Source: a virus. Taken from it: a stretch of 64,000 nucleotides of DNA. Each line of letters begins with the position of its first letter. Within the stretch, counting starts at the first letter, position 1. Where the stretch lies: IMG/VR virus record IMGVR_UViG_3300014152_000001, positions 41,749 to 105,748 of that record, one strand, 5' to 3'. The translations under genes were made by a program, and so were the position numbers. The notes beneath the pieces are model-generated. The model was not told where the DNA came from. It was given only the letters and a program-made list of their open reading frames with translations, and did no database searches. Shown piece after piece: positions 39,508 through 50,373 of the stretch.

Positions 39508-41181
39508 ATCTGTAGAATGGCCTTAGTTCTCTCGAAGAGCCAAGTCGATAGATTCGAGACAGCATTCAAGTCGGCATGGGCAAACGCAAACGATGATGGT
39601 TGCGGCATCTACTGGCGAGACATGAAAGGAGAACGACATTTGGCTAGGTTCCCTAAGAGCGAAGACTTAGCAAAGGTCGGGACAACTTACGACAGGATGC
39701 TAATCCATTTCCGCAAGTCTACGAAGGGCGAAGGAACTCATCCCTTCACTTGTAAACACAGACCCAAACTTAACAGTGGAAACTGGCTCTTAGTTCACAA
39801 CGGGTGTGTTCAAGACGAAGAGGCTAGGAAGGAACTAATCAAGACTCACACGTTCTCAACCGAGATAGACAGCGAAGTATTTGTCCATATATGGGGAGAG
39901 ATTAAGGAGAAGAACCTACTTAAGAGAGCCAAGAAGTTCAATGAGGCCAGAGAGAAGGCCAACATCACAGGATGGGCGAATCTTATCTTCTACAACGTGG
40001 TCACAGATGAATGGGTTGCACTTAGCGATGGCTCGTTAAGTCTAGTTTGCACGAAGGACACCCTAGTTATATGCTCAGACGACACTTGGCTCGACATGAC
40101 AGAGGCTAACAGACGGAAGATTCCTAATGCCAGTCTACCCACTGGCGCAATTGCTTACGGAAAAGGACTCGTCTTCAAGACGAAGGCAGACATTTGGAAG
40201 ATTCACTATTCCTCTTCTCAGACAACTCTTCCAACCGTGGTGAATGGGAAGATGCTTTACTCTGGATGCAGAGACTACACAGAAACGTGGAAACCACAAA
40301 ACATTCCGAGAGGTCGGCCTGAATGGAGTGCTTCGGCCAAGTCATTCGTAGATGAAAAGGGCAACCCGTTGGAGTGGGATTCGGGCAAGAGGGCATTCGT
40401 AGACAGCAAAGGATTCCCAATAGACAACAATTCCACACAATATGGCAACCCCAATGGACATTACTTCCAAGACTCAGAGTATGAGGATGCAAACGGTGAA
40501 CCCTACTGTGACATTTGTTTCATGCCTAGAGAATACCATAGTCTTGACGCTGAACTTGACGAACTTGAAAAGGAAGATAAGGAAAGGGAAGCACGACAAA
40601 AGGAGACAACCGCCATTGACAGAATCGCGAGCAGTCGCATTGACGAGAGCGTTTGGAATAAGGCTCACCCCTTCACTCGCAACTTCAATGCTCAGACCAT
40701 CACTTGTATGTGTGGCTCGACTACGGGATACGGAATTCTGCATAAGGCACACGACTTCTATCCTCTTATGACTAAGCAAAACAAACCAACAGGATATTGC
40801 CAAGTCTGTGGAAACGAGAGAGCAGTTGGAAACCATAAGGAAATGTCGTATGAGGGACACTTCTTTACTCCACTTAGGATTGAGGAAAATAAAGGAGATG
40901 GCAAGATATTCTACTCAGAGTCTACAATTTGTGGGCGATGTGGATTCAGAGAATCAATTCATCCCATGAGTTATGACATTCAAACCAAGCAAATCACCAC
41001 AATAGAAGATGCAACGACAATGAGAATAAAACCACCGATGGATTGCGGTTGCAAACCTAGCGAGAGGCCGAAACCCATAATCTGTAGTTATCATTGGGGA
41101 TGTGGATTCCATGAAGCAGACAACTACGGGTTCATAATTAAGAGGATTGCTTACGACAGCGGAAGGGTGGAACCAAATTGA
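39508..41181 (+). CDS. class II (Ntn) glutamine amidotransferase with a long Cys/His-rich C-terminal extension
   Basis: (M)CRM, NDDGCGI, HFRKST.G, HPF, HNG, DSE; the Cys codon at 39511 lies upstream of the ATG at 39517. Confidence 0.8.
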   Translation: MCRMALVLSKSQVDRFETAFKSAWANANDDGCGIYWRDMKGERHLARFPKSEDLAKVGTTYDRMLIHFRKSTKGEGTHPFTCKHRPKLNSGNWLLVHNGCVQDEEARKELIKTHTFSTEIDSEVFVHIWGEIKEKNLLKRAKKFNEAREKANITGWANLIFYNVVTDEWVALSDGSLSLVCTKDTLVICSDDTWLDMTEANRRKIPNASLPTGAIAYGKGLVFKTKADIWKIHYSSSQTTLPTVVNGKMLYSGCRDYTETWKPQNIPRGRPEWSASAKSFVDEKGNPLEWDSGKRAFVDSKGFPIDNNSTQYGNPNGHYFQDSEYEDANGEPYCDICFMPREYHSLDAELDELEKEDKEREARQKETTAIDRIASSRIDESVWNKAHPFTRNFNAQTITCMCGSTTGYGILHKAHDFYPLMTKQNKPTGYCQVCGNERAVGNHKEMSYEGHFFTPLRIEENKGDGKIFYSESTICGRCGFRESIHPMSYDIQTKQITTIEDATTMRIKPPMDCGCKPSERPKPIICSYHWGCGFHEADNYGFIIKRIAYDSGRVEPN

Positions 41182-41759
41182 CCGAAGTTAAAGTCCACAA
41201 GTCGGGAGAAGACCTTAGCACAATTACAAAGGGTGTCAAGATAAAGGACAACGACCACAAGATTCGGATTGCGGGAGCCGTCCTTCGCATTGTAGTCACA
41301 CCACAAAAGTATAGCAACGACTACAAACTTTCGATTTGGCTTCCGAATAAAACACAGATTGAAGTCAATAACACAGATGGATTTGTCCAGTGGTCTGAGT
41401 TCATGGCATCACTTGTTGAGGCCGCGACTGGAAGCAAGCCAGACGTTCCTTCGGATAAAAAGGTTATCGACATCAACGGATTCCCTGTGAAGGTTAGCGA
41501 AGGGGAAGACAAGAAGACTCTGACAATTGAGTCTTCAATAGACCCACTAAAAGAAGACTACAAGATAGAGTCTAAGAAGGTAGAGACACCCACACCCCAA
41601 GTCCAGCCCACGCCAAGCCTACCTGAAAGAGTTAATTCAGAAATGACAACTAAAGAAAAAGAGGATATGCAAGACGGGATTGAGAAGGTTGAAGACTGGA
41701 TTGCCCGACTACAGGGAAGAGTGAAAGACGATGATGGAACACTAGGGGGCTATTGGTAA
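41178..41759 (+). CDS. hypothetical protein
   Basis: Coupled ORF. Confidence 0.55.
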   Translation: MTEVKVHKSGEDLSTITKGVKIKDNDHKIRIAGAVLRIVVTPQKYSNDYKLSIWLPNKTQIEVNNTDGFVQWSEFMASLVEAATGSKPDVPSDKKVIDINGFPVKVSEGEDKKTLTIESSIDPLKEDYKIESKKVETPTPQVQPTPSLPERVNSEMTTKEKEDMQDGIEKVEDWIARLQGRVKDDDGTLGGYW

Positions 41760-42185
41760 ATGCCAAACGATGTCCCTACTCCTGCACAAGCCAGACGGTC
41801 TTTCAATGCCGAGCAACGACATTGGGCAAGTGTGATAACAGACTATAGGCGTGATGTGAGAAAGATGATAACCAACTACAAGAAACTCGCTCCCAAGATA
41901 GACAAGATGTGCAGATACATGGAAGGCTACAGCCTTCTCTACATGGCAAAGAAGTGGGGCAACTCCACACAGCAAGCCGAAGTCGTGAGGCTGTTCAAAC
42001 TTCCCAAGTTAGGACTCTTGCTTCAATGTAGATGCATAAATACCGAATGCGATTGGGCAAATTACGATAAAGAGGCAGACCAGATGGAATGCACTTGCAT
42101 AGAGAATAAAACATTGACTTGCAACGGTCTTTATGTGATGGCCTTTGCTGAGAATGGAACGATAATCAGGGATGAGATAACATGA
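41760..42185 (+). CDS. hypothetical Cys-rich protein
   Basis: Coupled ORF. Confidence 0.55.
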   Translation: MPNDVPTPAQARRSFNAEQRHWASVITDYRRDVRKMITNYKKLAPKIDKMCRYMEGYSLLYMAKKWGNSTQQAEVVRLFKLPKLGLLLQCRCINTECDWANYDKEADQMECTCIENKTLTCNGLYVMAFAENGTIIRDEIT

Positions 42186-43207
42186 TACTCGACCTAGAGT
42201 TCGGAGATATGTGTGCCATAAAGGAACTTGAACTTGTCCATGCAGAATTAGTCTCAGGGTCAAGTCACAGAACAGGGAGTATGAACGACCACATGGCTTT
42301 AGCGTTAGGTGAGACAGTCAGAATACTAGACTACAGAATCCATTGTCTGTGCCATGATGTGAGATGCAGATGGTGGGACATTGGCAGATGCAGATGTGAC
42401 GGAGCCGTGAACTGTCTCCATATAGGATTCACAATAAGAGGGGAAGAGGAAGGAACTATCAAACCCACAAACGCGGAGAAGGCAATGGCAAAGGCACAGA
42501 TTCCATCGGAAGACTTTGCACAAAAGGAGAACGAGCCTTTCATAGTCTGGAAGGTCAGGGTTGCTGGCAAAATCTACAACCTAGCAATGAACATTCACAA
42601 TCAGCTAGAGGACGGAATGGTCTACTACAAATACGAAAATTGGAGACGAGAATCCGAACTTGACAGACGAACCAACTTCATGAGAACGATTAGGGATGTG
42701 AGGGGATTGAATCCGGCAGATGGAAGCAATTTGGCTAATGCGGTGGGTTGTCTCGCTTGCGGTAAAATCTTCCTTAACACAGACTTCCTCAATGCCCATG
42801 TAGACTTACACAGGAATCGTGGAGAGGCAGACCACTATACAACACAGATGGTTTCAACTACAGAAGTCACTCCAATTCGACCACTCTCAATCACCTACAG
42901 ACCACCACCCACACACATAGTTCAACCCACACCAACCCCAAGACCTTCAAGACCAACTCAACATCGAAGACCCATAAGACTTGAACGTTATGAGCGAGAG
43001 CCAGACGAAAGCTATGAGCATTATGAAGAGAATCTTACCGTATACGTCAATGATATAAGGGAAGGGAACGGTGGACAATATCAAGATGCGATAGGTTGCA
43101 CAATATGTGGGAACATCTATACAAACGTTTCCGACTTCATGACCCATGCGATAGATGAACACAGTCTCCCTATCACAGAGACAGAAGAACATGGAGTTCC
43201 ACATTGA
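42182..43207 (+). CDS. protein with two C2H2 zinc fingers
   Basis: CLACGKIF....L..H...H and CTICG.IY......H....H. Confidence 0.65.
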   Translation: MILDLEFGDMCAIKELELVHAELVSGSSHRTGSMNDHMALALGETVRILDYRIHCLCHDVRCRWWDIGRCRCDGAVNCLHIGFTIRGEEEGTIKPTNAEKAMAKAQIPSEDFAQKENEPFIVWKVRVAGKIYNLAMNIHNQLEDGMVYYKYENWRRESELDRRTNFMRTIRDVRGLNPADGSNLANAVGCLACGKIFLNTDFLNAHVDLHRNRGEADHYTTQMVSTTEVTPIRPLSITYRPPPTHIVQPTPTPRPSRPTQHRRPIRLERYEREPDESYEHYEENLTVYVNDIREGNGGQYQDAIGCTICGNIYTNVSDFMTHAIDEHSLPITETEEHGVPH

Positions 43208-44034
43208 CCAACAACAAGCCTCTTATTGTCTTCATAGATTGTGGTGTCTCACTCTCTGAAACGCCAGACCGTCTTATCTCACGACTCGAAGAGAGGGGCT
43301 TACGAGTTGTGAGAAATCCGCGAACTAGGCCAGATGAAGACTACGTTGTGATTCGATGGGGTTCGGCCAGATTCCCTGAGTTGGATGAGACAGCGAAAGC
43401 CGTCCTCAATTCTGCCGAATCCATCGAAGGAAATCTCCACAAGAACGTGGCTCATGGCCGGATGTTAGAGGCCGGAGTCAGCACACCCCAATTCTGGACG
43501 ACCTTTAGAGAGGCCAGAACAAAATCCAGAGAGTTGGGGTGTGACTTCTTGCGGAGACGCAAGCATCACATTCAGGGACGGGACATCCTTCGCCTAAGTC
43601 CGACAGACCACCTTCCACACAATAAGAGGCATGGGTATTATGTCCAATATCTTGAGAAGGACGCAGAGTTCCGACTCCACATCTTTGGAGACGAGTGCAT
43701 CGGTCTGGCCGAAAAGAAACCAAAGGAGAATCCCAATCAGACTATCTGGAACTTCGAGAACGGGTGGGACTTGGTGTATTACGCGAGAGAGGACAGAGAG
43801 CAGAACGTCCCTCACTATGCTGAGATGGTGGCTGAGTCAGTGAAAGCACTCAAGTCTCTAGGACTAGACTTCGGGGCAGTGGACTTGATAATGTGCGGGG
43901 GCAAGCCTTACATTCTTGAAGCAAACACAAGTCCTAAACTCTACCAGACTAAACGCTACAGTAAGCACTTCGAGAAGTGGTTTGACGAAACGGCAAGAAA
44001 CCTTATAAACCATGTGGAGAGAGGTAGCCCATGA
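43204..44034 (+). CDS. ATP-grasp ligase (RimK/YheCD-like, phage type)
   Basis: VIRWGS, QY....EFRLHIF, WNFENG, LGLDFGAVDL..ILEANTSP. Confidence 0.88.
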   Translation: MTNNKPLIVFIDCGVSLSETPDRLISRLEERGLRVVRNPRTRPDEDYVVIRWGSARFPELDETAKAVLNSAESIEGNLHKNVAHGRMLEAGVSTPQFWTTFREARTKSRELGCDFLRRRKHHIQGRDILRLSPTDHLPHNKRHGYYVQYLEKDAEFRLHIFGDECIGLAEKKPKENPNQTIWNFENGWDLVYYAREDREQNVPHYAEMVAESVKALKSLGLDFGAVDLIMCGGKPYILEANTSPKLYQTKRYSKHFEKWFDETARNLINHVERGSP

Positions 44035-44325
44035 AAATCTACCACGTTTACCGTCATTATGGGTCATATACAGACCGCTACGGGATAGACGAGTATGGTT
44101 ATTTTCTTTCTAAGTCAAGAGCAGAGAAAATCAAATACGATGCCAAACACGAAAAGGACAGCAGAGGCTATATTTCTCTTGACGAAATCGAAGTGGACGA
44201 AACACCATGACATCTGACCTGACAAGACGATGCAAGTCCTTCGCACACATAAAGATGAGGACTCAGAATTGGTGGTTCGTAAGTATGTCAGACCACTACA
44301 TGATAACGAAGTGGGTAGCAGACCC

Positions 44326-44667
44326 ATGAAACGAGTCCACACGATTCACTTTGACAAAAGAGGGGGGAGAGGAGCATTGGCTTTCGCCAGACTAGAATCA
44401 AGAACGAATCCCATCTCCATCTCAGGGTGGGATAACTGGCGTTATAATGTGGCTCCTCACTTCCCGATTGAGACTTACCTACCCAAGATTATAGACCACG
44501 AATCCGTCCACATCGCCTTAGACGATATTGAAGAACGAAAGGCAAGCATAAAGTTGGATGGCTTATTTTTCAATCTTAAATGCTATGACATCACACAAAA
44601 CGGAAACTACTTCAAGAACACAGGTCTACCATCCAAACTACCAATCCTTAAGAGAAGAAGAGTATGA
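44326..44667 (+). CDS. small HExxH-motif protein
   Basis: IIDHESVHIAL. Confidence 0.45.
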   Translation: MKRVHTIHFDKRGGRGALAFARLESRTNPISISGWDNWRYNVAPHFPIETYLPKIIDHESVHIALDDIEERKASIKLDGLFFNLKCYDITQNGNYFKNTGLPSKLPILKRRRV

Positions 44668-45221
44668 GCAACACTAGAGAGCAAGACGACTTCATGGCCG
44701 CACTTCATGCCCTTATGGATAGTCTGTCCTTAGACGACTTAGAGGAAGACAACTGCGATGGATGTGGAGTTGCCACTAGCGACCTTACTGGCCGACATCC
44801 CTTTGCCCTCTGCCCCCTTTGCAACTGGAAAGGATATGGTCTCAATGACTAAGAATTATGGATTTCGGCAAGAACCTTTATATAGGTTGGGGAGAGGGAT
44901 ATAGGATATGGCAACGAACAAAGAACTAGCAGAGCGACTTCGCAAGGCGCGTGACCCTCTTGGGCCATTTGGCCCTTTCGCCTACTACAAGATAGAAGAG
45001 ATTGAGGCAGTAGCCAAAGAGTTGGAGAACCGAGCATGACTCCCAAGTTCCCTATGATAATCGTGGACGCGGCAAAAGGGATTCATGTAGTGAAGAAGAC
45101 CCCTGCTGGCTATTACACTTGCGACCAGTGCCATAACAGTTTCACCCTAGAGGAACTAATGAAGGCACACGATTTCGTCAATCCAAATGTTTATAAAGGA
45201 TGGGGCTTAGGGGTATAGGAT

Positions 45222-45581
45222 ATGAGCAAACTCGGAACCTTCGCGTCCTACCTTATTTGGACAAGCGTAGTGGGAATCATCGGATGGGGTCTTTCAGCAC
45301 TGATAAGCCTCAATCCAACGGCTCAAGCAATCAACACTTTCGCTGGCGGCACATGGTTAGGATACGTCTTTCTGGGCATAAACTTTGCTTTCTACCCTCT
45401 CCAACTTGGGTTGGGAATCCTTCTGACCGATATCCTTAACATTGGCAACGCTACAGGATTCTACATACAGGTGACTATCGCAAGCATAATCCTACTTCTA
45501 GTGGGGCTTCTTCTAAGAGTCGAAGACAATGAGAGAGAGAGCAGACCACTCGGAATGAAGTGGAAAAGATGGTATACATAG
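45222..45581 (+). CDS. membrane protein (about 3 TM)
   Basis: Hydrophobic segments; own promoter at about 45190. Confidence 0.6.
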   Translation: MSKLGTFASYLIWTSVVGIIGWGLSALISLNPTAQAINTFAGGTWLGYVFLGINFAFYPLQLGLGILLTDILNIGNATGFYIQVTIASIILLLVGLLLRVEDNERESRPLGMKWKRWYT

Positions 45582-45861
45582 CCACCTACAAGACGAAGGA
45601 TGGAATCAGTCCAGAGATACTAGGAGAGCGATTCTACAACGGAGAACTATGCTCTAATTGTGACGATGGTTGTCTCAAGGCCAAGCGTTGTGATGGGTGT
45701 GATGAAGTGCTTTGCGTCAAGTGTTGGGAAGAGCATCAGAACGATGCTCCATGCCATGTGGGAAGATAACATGACAGGTCTATATTGTGTGACCTATCTC
45801 ATTGGCGAAGCACAGAGGCCAGAGACTCAGATGAAGATAAGCGAGATGTTTCCACCCGATA

Positions 45862-46302
45862 GTTCGAAAGAGGCAATTGCCTTAGTCAAGACCAAACACC
45901 CCACCGACTTGGTGAGGATAACAAGTGTGGCGATGCTAAAGAAATGATGTCCGAGAGGGAACTCAAAGCGGAAGTAATCAGGGAGACAGTAGACGAGTGG
46001 GTTAGACTGTCAGACCCTGAGCGAGTGGAGGAGAAGGTTCACAAGTGGGTAGGTAAGGTGGGGAAGCCTACCGTCTTCCTGAAGCCGAAGTCAGCGACTA
46101 TCGAGAATCTGACGACAGGAGCCATGTTCCTAGTCGTGGACAACAAGGGATGGACGCACACCTTCTACACCTATGTAGACTCGATTTCCAGATGTGAACG
46201 AACAGACATCTCACACAAAGTCAAGAAGAGGCCATTGCCTTAGTCAAAGCCAAACACCCCACAGACTTGGGGAAAATAACATCGGTGGCTATGCTCAGAT
46301 GA
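45862..46302 (+). repeat. imperfect direct repeat of about 84 bp (45862-45947 and 46219-46302) flanking ORF 45944..46243
   Basis: GAGGCAATTGCCTTAGTCAAGACCAAACACCCCACCGACTTGG vs GAGGCCATTGCCTTAGTCAAAGCCAAACACCCCACAGACTTGG. Confidence 0.85.
45944..46243 (+). CDS. hypothetical protein (recent insertion)
   Basis: Lies between the direct repeats. Confidence 0.55.
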   Translation: MMSERELKAEVIRETVDEWVRLSDPERVEEKVHKWVGKVGKPTVFLKPKSATIENLTTGAMFLVVDNKGWTHTFYTYVDSISRCERTDISHKVKKRPLP

Positions 46303-47303
46303 AACGCTTTCAGATAGGATACGAGTGCGGTTGTTGGTTTGCATTCGATGTGGCAGACCCCATGCACTGGAAGATACTAGACTTCGTGATATGCACTGAC
46401 CACGTTAAGAGGAGCCATCTCCAATGAAGACCAGAGAAGCAGTTGAACAACTTGAGAGGGAGAAAAAGATATGAGAGTCTGGATTCGAGAGGGCTACGGC
46501 AACCACGACCTCATCGCTCTCGACATTGAGATAGGTAGTGGAAGCGACAGTCGGTTCCTTTCCCAAGTCGGTCTTCTAATCCATGCGTCAGGACATAAGT
46601 GTGACCACACACCACCCCATGACCCATCATGAGCGAGACATCCGATTCCAAACATCTGAGAGCATGGTGTCCCAAACACCGGAAGCGGTGTTGCATGATT
46701 CACGGAAAACACAAGAGAGGACGCTAAATGCCTAGTGTTAGTGTAGAATACTGGCTCAACGGTAGAAGGGAGCCACCCATAAGCGTAGGGGTCGCTGATG
46801 AGTTTGAGGCCATCGCAAGAAGACTAGGGCAAAACGTAGAGAGAACGCCCCTATGTTTGAAGATAGTCATGGGAAGTGGGAGACGCTATTGACCTGCCCT
46901 AAGTGCGGCAAAGAAATGATGCTATACCAATGTGGTTATATGCACTGCATCAATCTAGATTGCGACTACGATGGGAGCAATAGACTATGACCTGTCCTAA
47001 GTGCGGCTATCCTTACGTCTACGAGAGGCGTGTTGCTTGTGGATTGAAAGAGGACATAGCAGTTATGTGTCCTAATTGTGGGTATCAATCATGATAATCA
47101 AAAAGTGTAAGGATTGCGGAGCCATCATAGAAACAAAGGAAGGGGCGATAGGAGAGAGAATCGTGTGGAGTCTATGCGACAGATGTAGAGCCAAACGGAA
47201 TGGTTTTATAGGGGCAAAGACTTTGAGAGAGGTAGGAATAGCATGAGCAAGGGATACGACAGAGATGATTGTGGGATGATTTGTTGCCCACCGCATTGCA
47301 ACT

Positions 47304-47864
47304 GTGGCGATTGTGTGGGGTGTGCTTCTGACTTTTAAGAGGACGGACCATTTCAGTTGCGGCCACTCTTATGTTGTTCAATCCGATTATAGACTTCAAC
47401 TTGAGAAGTGTCCTGAGTGTCTTAGTGGAGACTATGATGGGTCACTGGTCGAGTCAGATGAGAAAGAAGAACTAGGGGCTAGGATAGTTCAAGAGCCTAA
47501 CTCTTTCGTTGAAAGGATTGACAGCAGTGGATTCTATGGGGCATCCGTCTTTCTACCAAGTGCGACAGTCGCCACTGGCGTTTGGAATAACATTTGGGGA
47601 GCCTCTTCATCTGCAAACATATCACCACAACCTTACATTGAACGGCACTTTCCACCACAGACAGTAAGCAATGGACAGACATTCACAATACCAGACAATG
47701 AACTAGAGGATTGGGCAAGAGAGGAACCCAGACGACTAGAACTAAATTGGAACGGCCATCATACCGAAGCCGAGTATAACGCTTGTGAGTCCTGTCAGCA
47801 TGAACTGAGAGTCGGGATGGCAAGAGACTACAACGAGCAACATGGGATTGAGACTGAGCTTTGA
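47304..47864 (+). CDS. hypothetical Zn-ribbon protein
   Basis: CGH...CPEC; CESC; start uncertain. Confidence 0.45.
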   Translation: MAIVWGVLLTFKRTDHFSCGHSYVVQSDYRLQLEKCPECLSGDYDGSLVESDEKEELGARIVQEPNSFVERIDSSGFYGASVFLPSATVATGVWNNIWGASSSANISPQPYIERHFPPQTVSNGQTFTIPDNELEDWAREEPRRLELNWNGHHTEAEYNACESCQHELRVGMARDYNEQHGIETEL

Positions 47865-48009
47865 CCGCAATGCTTATAAACCCTACAAACGTAGGGGTGT
47901 CCATGTCGCAAGAAGATAACGAACTCGAAGAGGATGAGGACATGGATTCGGACTTCGATGGAGAAAGTGAGGACATCGGACAAGATAACAAAACGGATGA
48001 GGAATTATA

Positions 48010-48492
48010 ATGCCTAGTGAATACAAGTATCGCTGTTGCATCCGTTGTGGCGTTAAACTAACGCCAAGCACTTGGTTTCCTAGTTTCAAACCTAGATACC
48101 TATATGTTTGCAAATCTTGTTCCAGTAAAGAGCGTGTAGTATACTATAGAAAGTGGGCCACTACACACAAATCTATAGCAAAAGAACGAACCAAAAAAAC
48201 TAGAGATACTCTCAAACTTGAGACATTGCTCAACTATTCGCTAACTTGGCCACCGCAATGTGCCAATCCATTCAGAGAGCATCCAGTTTGTGTGCCATAC
48301 ACAACCATTGAGGCTCTTTCCATTGACCATATCAATGGTGGTGGAGATAGAGAAAGAAGACTGTTGGTTGGGAGAAGAGGGGGCGGAGTCAATTTCTATT
48401 GGAAATTGAAACAACGTGGGTATCCAAAGGGATACCAAATCTTATGTATGAATTGTCAATTCATCAAAAGTTATAGGGTGAACGGCTCTTGA
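48010..48492 (+). CDS. HNH-family endonuclease
   Basis: CIRCG, CKSC, LSIDHINGGG, GYQILCMNC. Confidence 0.8.
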   Translation: MPSEYKYRCCIRCGVKLTPSTWFPSFKPRYLYVCKSCSSKERVVYYRKWATTHKSIAKERTKKTRDTLKLETLLNYSLTWPPQCANPFREHPVCVPYTTIEALSIDHINGGGDRERRLLVGRRGGGVNFYWKLKQRGYPKGYQILCMNCQFIKSYRVNGS

Positions 48493-48621
48493 TTGAAGTC
48501 AAATGGAGATGCACGAGTTGTGGCATCATCATCATAGAGAAGACCAGAGACGCAGATGAAGAGACTAAGAAGCATCTGCTCGTCTGTGAAGGACAAGGAT
48601 TTCACCTAGAATCGTGAGACT

Positions 48622-49182
48622 ATGGTTAGCGAATATGACGTAATCTTCCACACCATTACACCTGAGATGAGGCTAGAGGCCAGACCATTAGCCAGCCGAC
48701 TGGCCGAACTTAACCATCACCAACCCATAGCCGAAGACACTCCACTAGGCGCGGCTATGTCTCAGATAGATATGGCTAAGTATCTAGGCGCAGTCCACGT
48801 TGATGTTCCAGACTACGATATGACTCTAGGCAAAGGCACTATCGACAACAAGAACATCACCACCACAGTTGGCCGAGTCCTTCCTCACTATGATGCCCAA
48901 GTCTTCAGTTATAACCCTGACCAGAAGTGCGAGTTCTACACCTTTAGCAGAGTGCGGAAGTTAGTGCCACAAGAAGAGTTGGTCGGCATCTTCCTCATAG
49001 GTTGGATTTCCAAGGCCGACTTCCAGACCCTAAGGCATCACTACAACGAAGGAGAAGTGCGGAATGATAACACTCACTACAAGTATACTTGTAAAGGCGG
49101 GACTGATGTAGTGCTAGTTCAAGTCCTTCACCCGTTGATTGAGTTGAAGAGAACACTTATTAACACGGAAGGACAGGGGTAA
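48622..49182 (+). CDS. putative PD-(D/E)XK-fold nuclease-like protein
   Basis: PDYD...IDNK...FYTF.RV...IGWISK pattern. Confidence 0.45.
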   Translation: MVSEYDVIFHTITPEMRLEARPLASRLAELNHHQPIAEDTPLGAAMSQIDMAKYLGAVHVDVPDYDMTLGKGTIDNKNITTTVGRVLPHYDAQVFSYNPDQKCEFYTFSRVRKLVPQEELVGIFLIGWISKADFQTLRHHYNEGEVRNDNTHYKYTCKGGTDVVLVQVLHPLIELKRTLINTEGQG

Positions 49183-49186
49183 GGAT

Positions 49187-49399
49187 ATGAGCAAACTCTT
49201 CGGGTTGATAGGGCTTGGCTTCTTGGCCCTCGTTGGAGCATTCGACTGGTGGGTATGGTTCAACCTTCTTACTTCTGGATTTGTCGAATGCTCTGGACAT
49301 ATGGGCGCACTCATAGGTTTCACTCTTTTAGCGATTATCTCTATTCCAGCGACCATCTTTGGCTTCATAACTGGTCTGTCGATTATGGTGGCTGACTAA
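49187..49399 (+). CDS. small membrane protein (2 TM)
   Basis: Hydrophobic; own promoter. Confidence 0.55.
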   Translation: MSKLFGLIGLGFLALVGAFDWWVWFNLLTSGFVECSGHMGALIGFTLLAIISIPATIFGFITGLSIMVAD

Positions 49400-49827
49400 T
49401 GCCAGAAGACCATCCAGACGAAGGATACTCGGACATCCTAAAGGAACTAGACAAAGAAGAGAAGGACAGGAAACTCCGTATGAAGATAAGAAGGGGTGAA
49501 GACTTAGGGCCGGCCATGTGTGTGACTCCCTTCGCTGTCGCTCCTACACAAGAGGAAGACATTGCAGAAGACAAAGCGTTCCAAGAGTTCATGAAGGGAT
49601 ACACTAGAGACGTTCACATGATGGCAAAGGTCTTGTCGGCATTAGCCAAAGCGATGGACAAATATCCTCACCTAAGACTAGGGCAGTTGCTCTATGTCGT
49701 CATACAGAACCTAGACTCGAAGAATGGGAAGATAGGAGACGAGTTGTCTTACATGAGGAACTTCCATCTGAGGCTCTTCAACATCTATGACGAAGAAGTC
49801 ATAAGGGCGATTGAAGCGTTTGACTGA
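49399..49827 (+). CDS. hypothetical phage protein
   Basis: YPHLRLGQLL...LFNIYDE motif seen in phage hypothetical proteins. Confidence 0.55.
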   Translation: MPEDHPDEGYSDILKELDKEEKDRKLRMKIRRGEDLGPAMCVTPFAVAPTQEEDIAEDKAFQEFMKGYTRDVHMMAKVLSALAKAMDKYPHLRLGQLLYVVIQNLDSKNGKIGDELSYMRNFHLRLFNIYDEEVIRAIEAFD

Positions 49828-50373
49828 ACACTGCAAGTGGTGTGCAAACGACATCGTGAAAGAGGACAATAGCCTAGAGGTAAGAGAGTTCCACACTAGC
49901 GGTAAGACTTGCTACTACTTCTGTGACTACGATTGTCTGGTGTTCTGGGCAAAAGCCAATTGCAAAACAAACATCATTGGTGTGTTGAATGAGTCATGAA
50001 CCGTCACATCTCAATCTCTCTACCAGTATCTACGTTGATGGTAGACTCGCGGCAGAAGTCACCAAAGAAGACAAGCCCCTCTTCATTGAAGCCTACACCA
50101 AACTCTTTCCCACGGCCACCATTGAGGCATTTACCGTGCTACAATTGGTTAAGAGAAAGAAGGCCGAAAGGGAAGCACAGGAAGCCACACAAGAAGGAGT
50201 GGACGTAGAATGATTGGAAGATGCGACTGTTGCGATTTGGAAGGGTGCGTATGCGAAGATTGTCTCTATTGTGGTGGAGAAGAGGAAGAAGTGATTGTCA
50301 CCAATACCGCAGAAGGTAGAGATGAACGTTGGGAAGCAGAGAACAAGGCCATAAAAGAGAGGAACTTCTCTAA

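Noticed and set aside
49359-49373. Possible self-target of array unit 6 (ttggcttca followed by taactg)
   Set aside because: The expected target is ttggcttcaatgtaactg; the genomic site lacks 3 nt. Probably chance. An exhaustive self-target search could not be done by eye.
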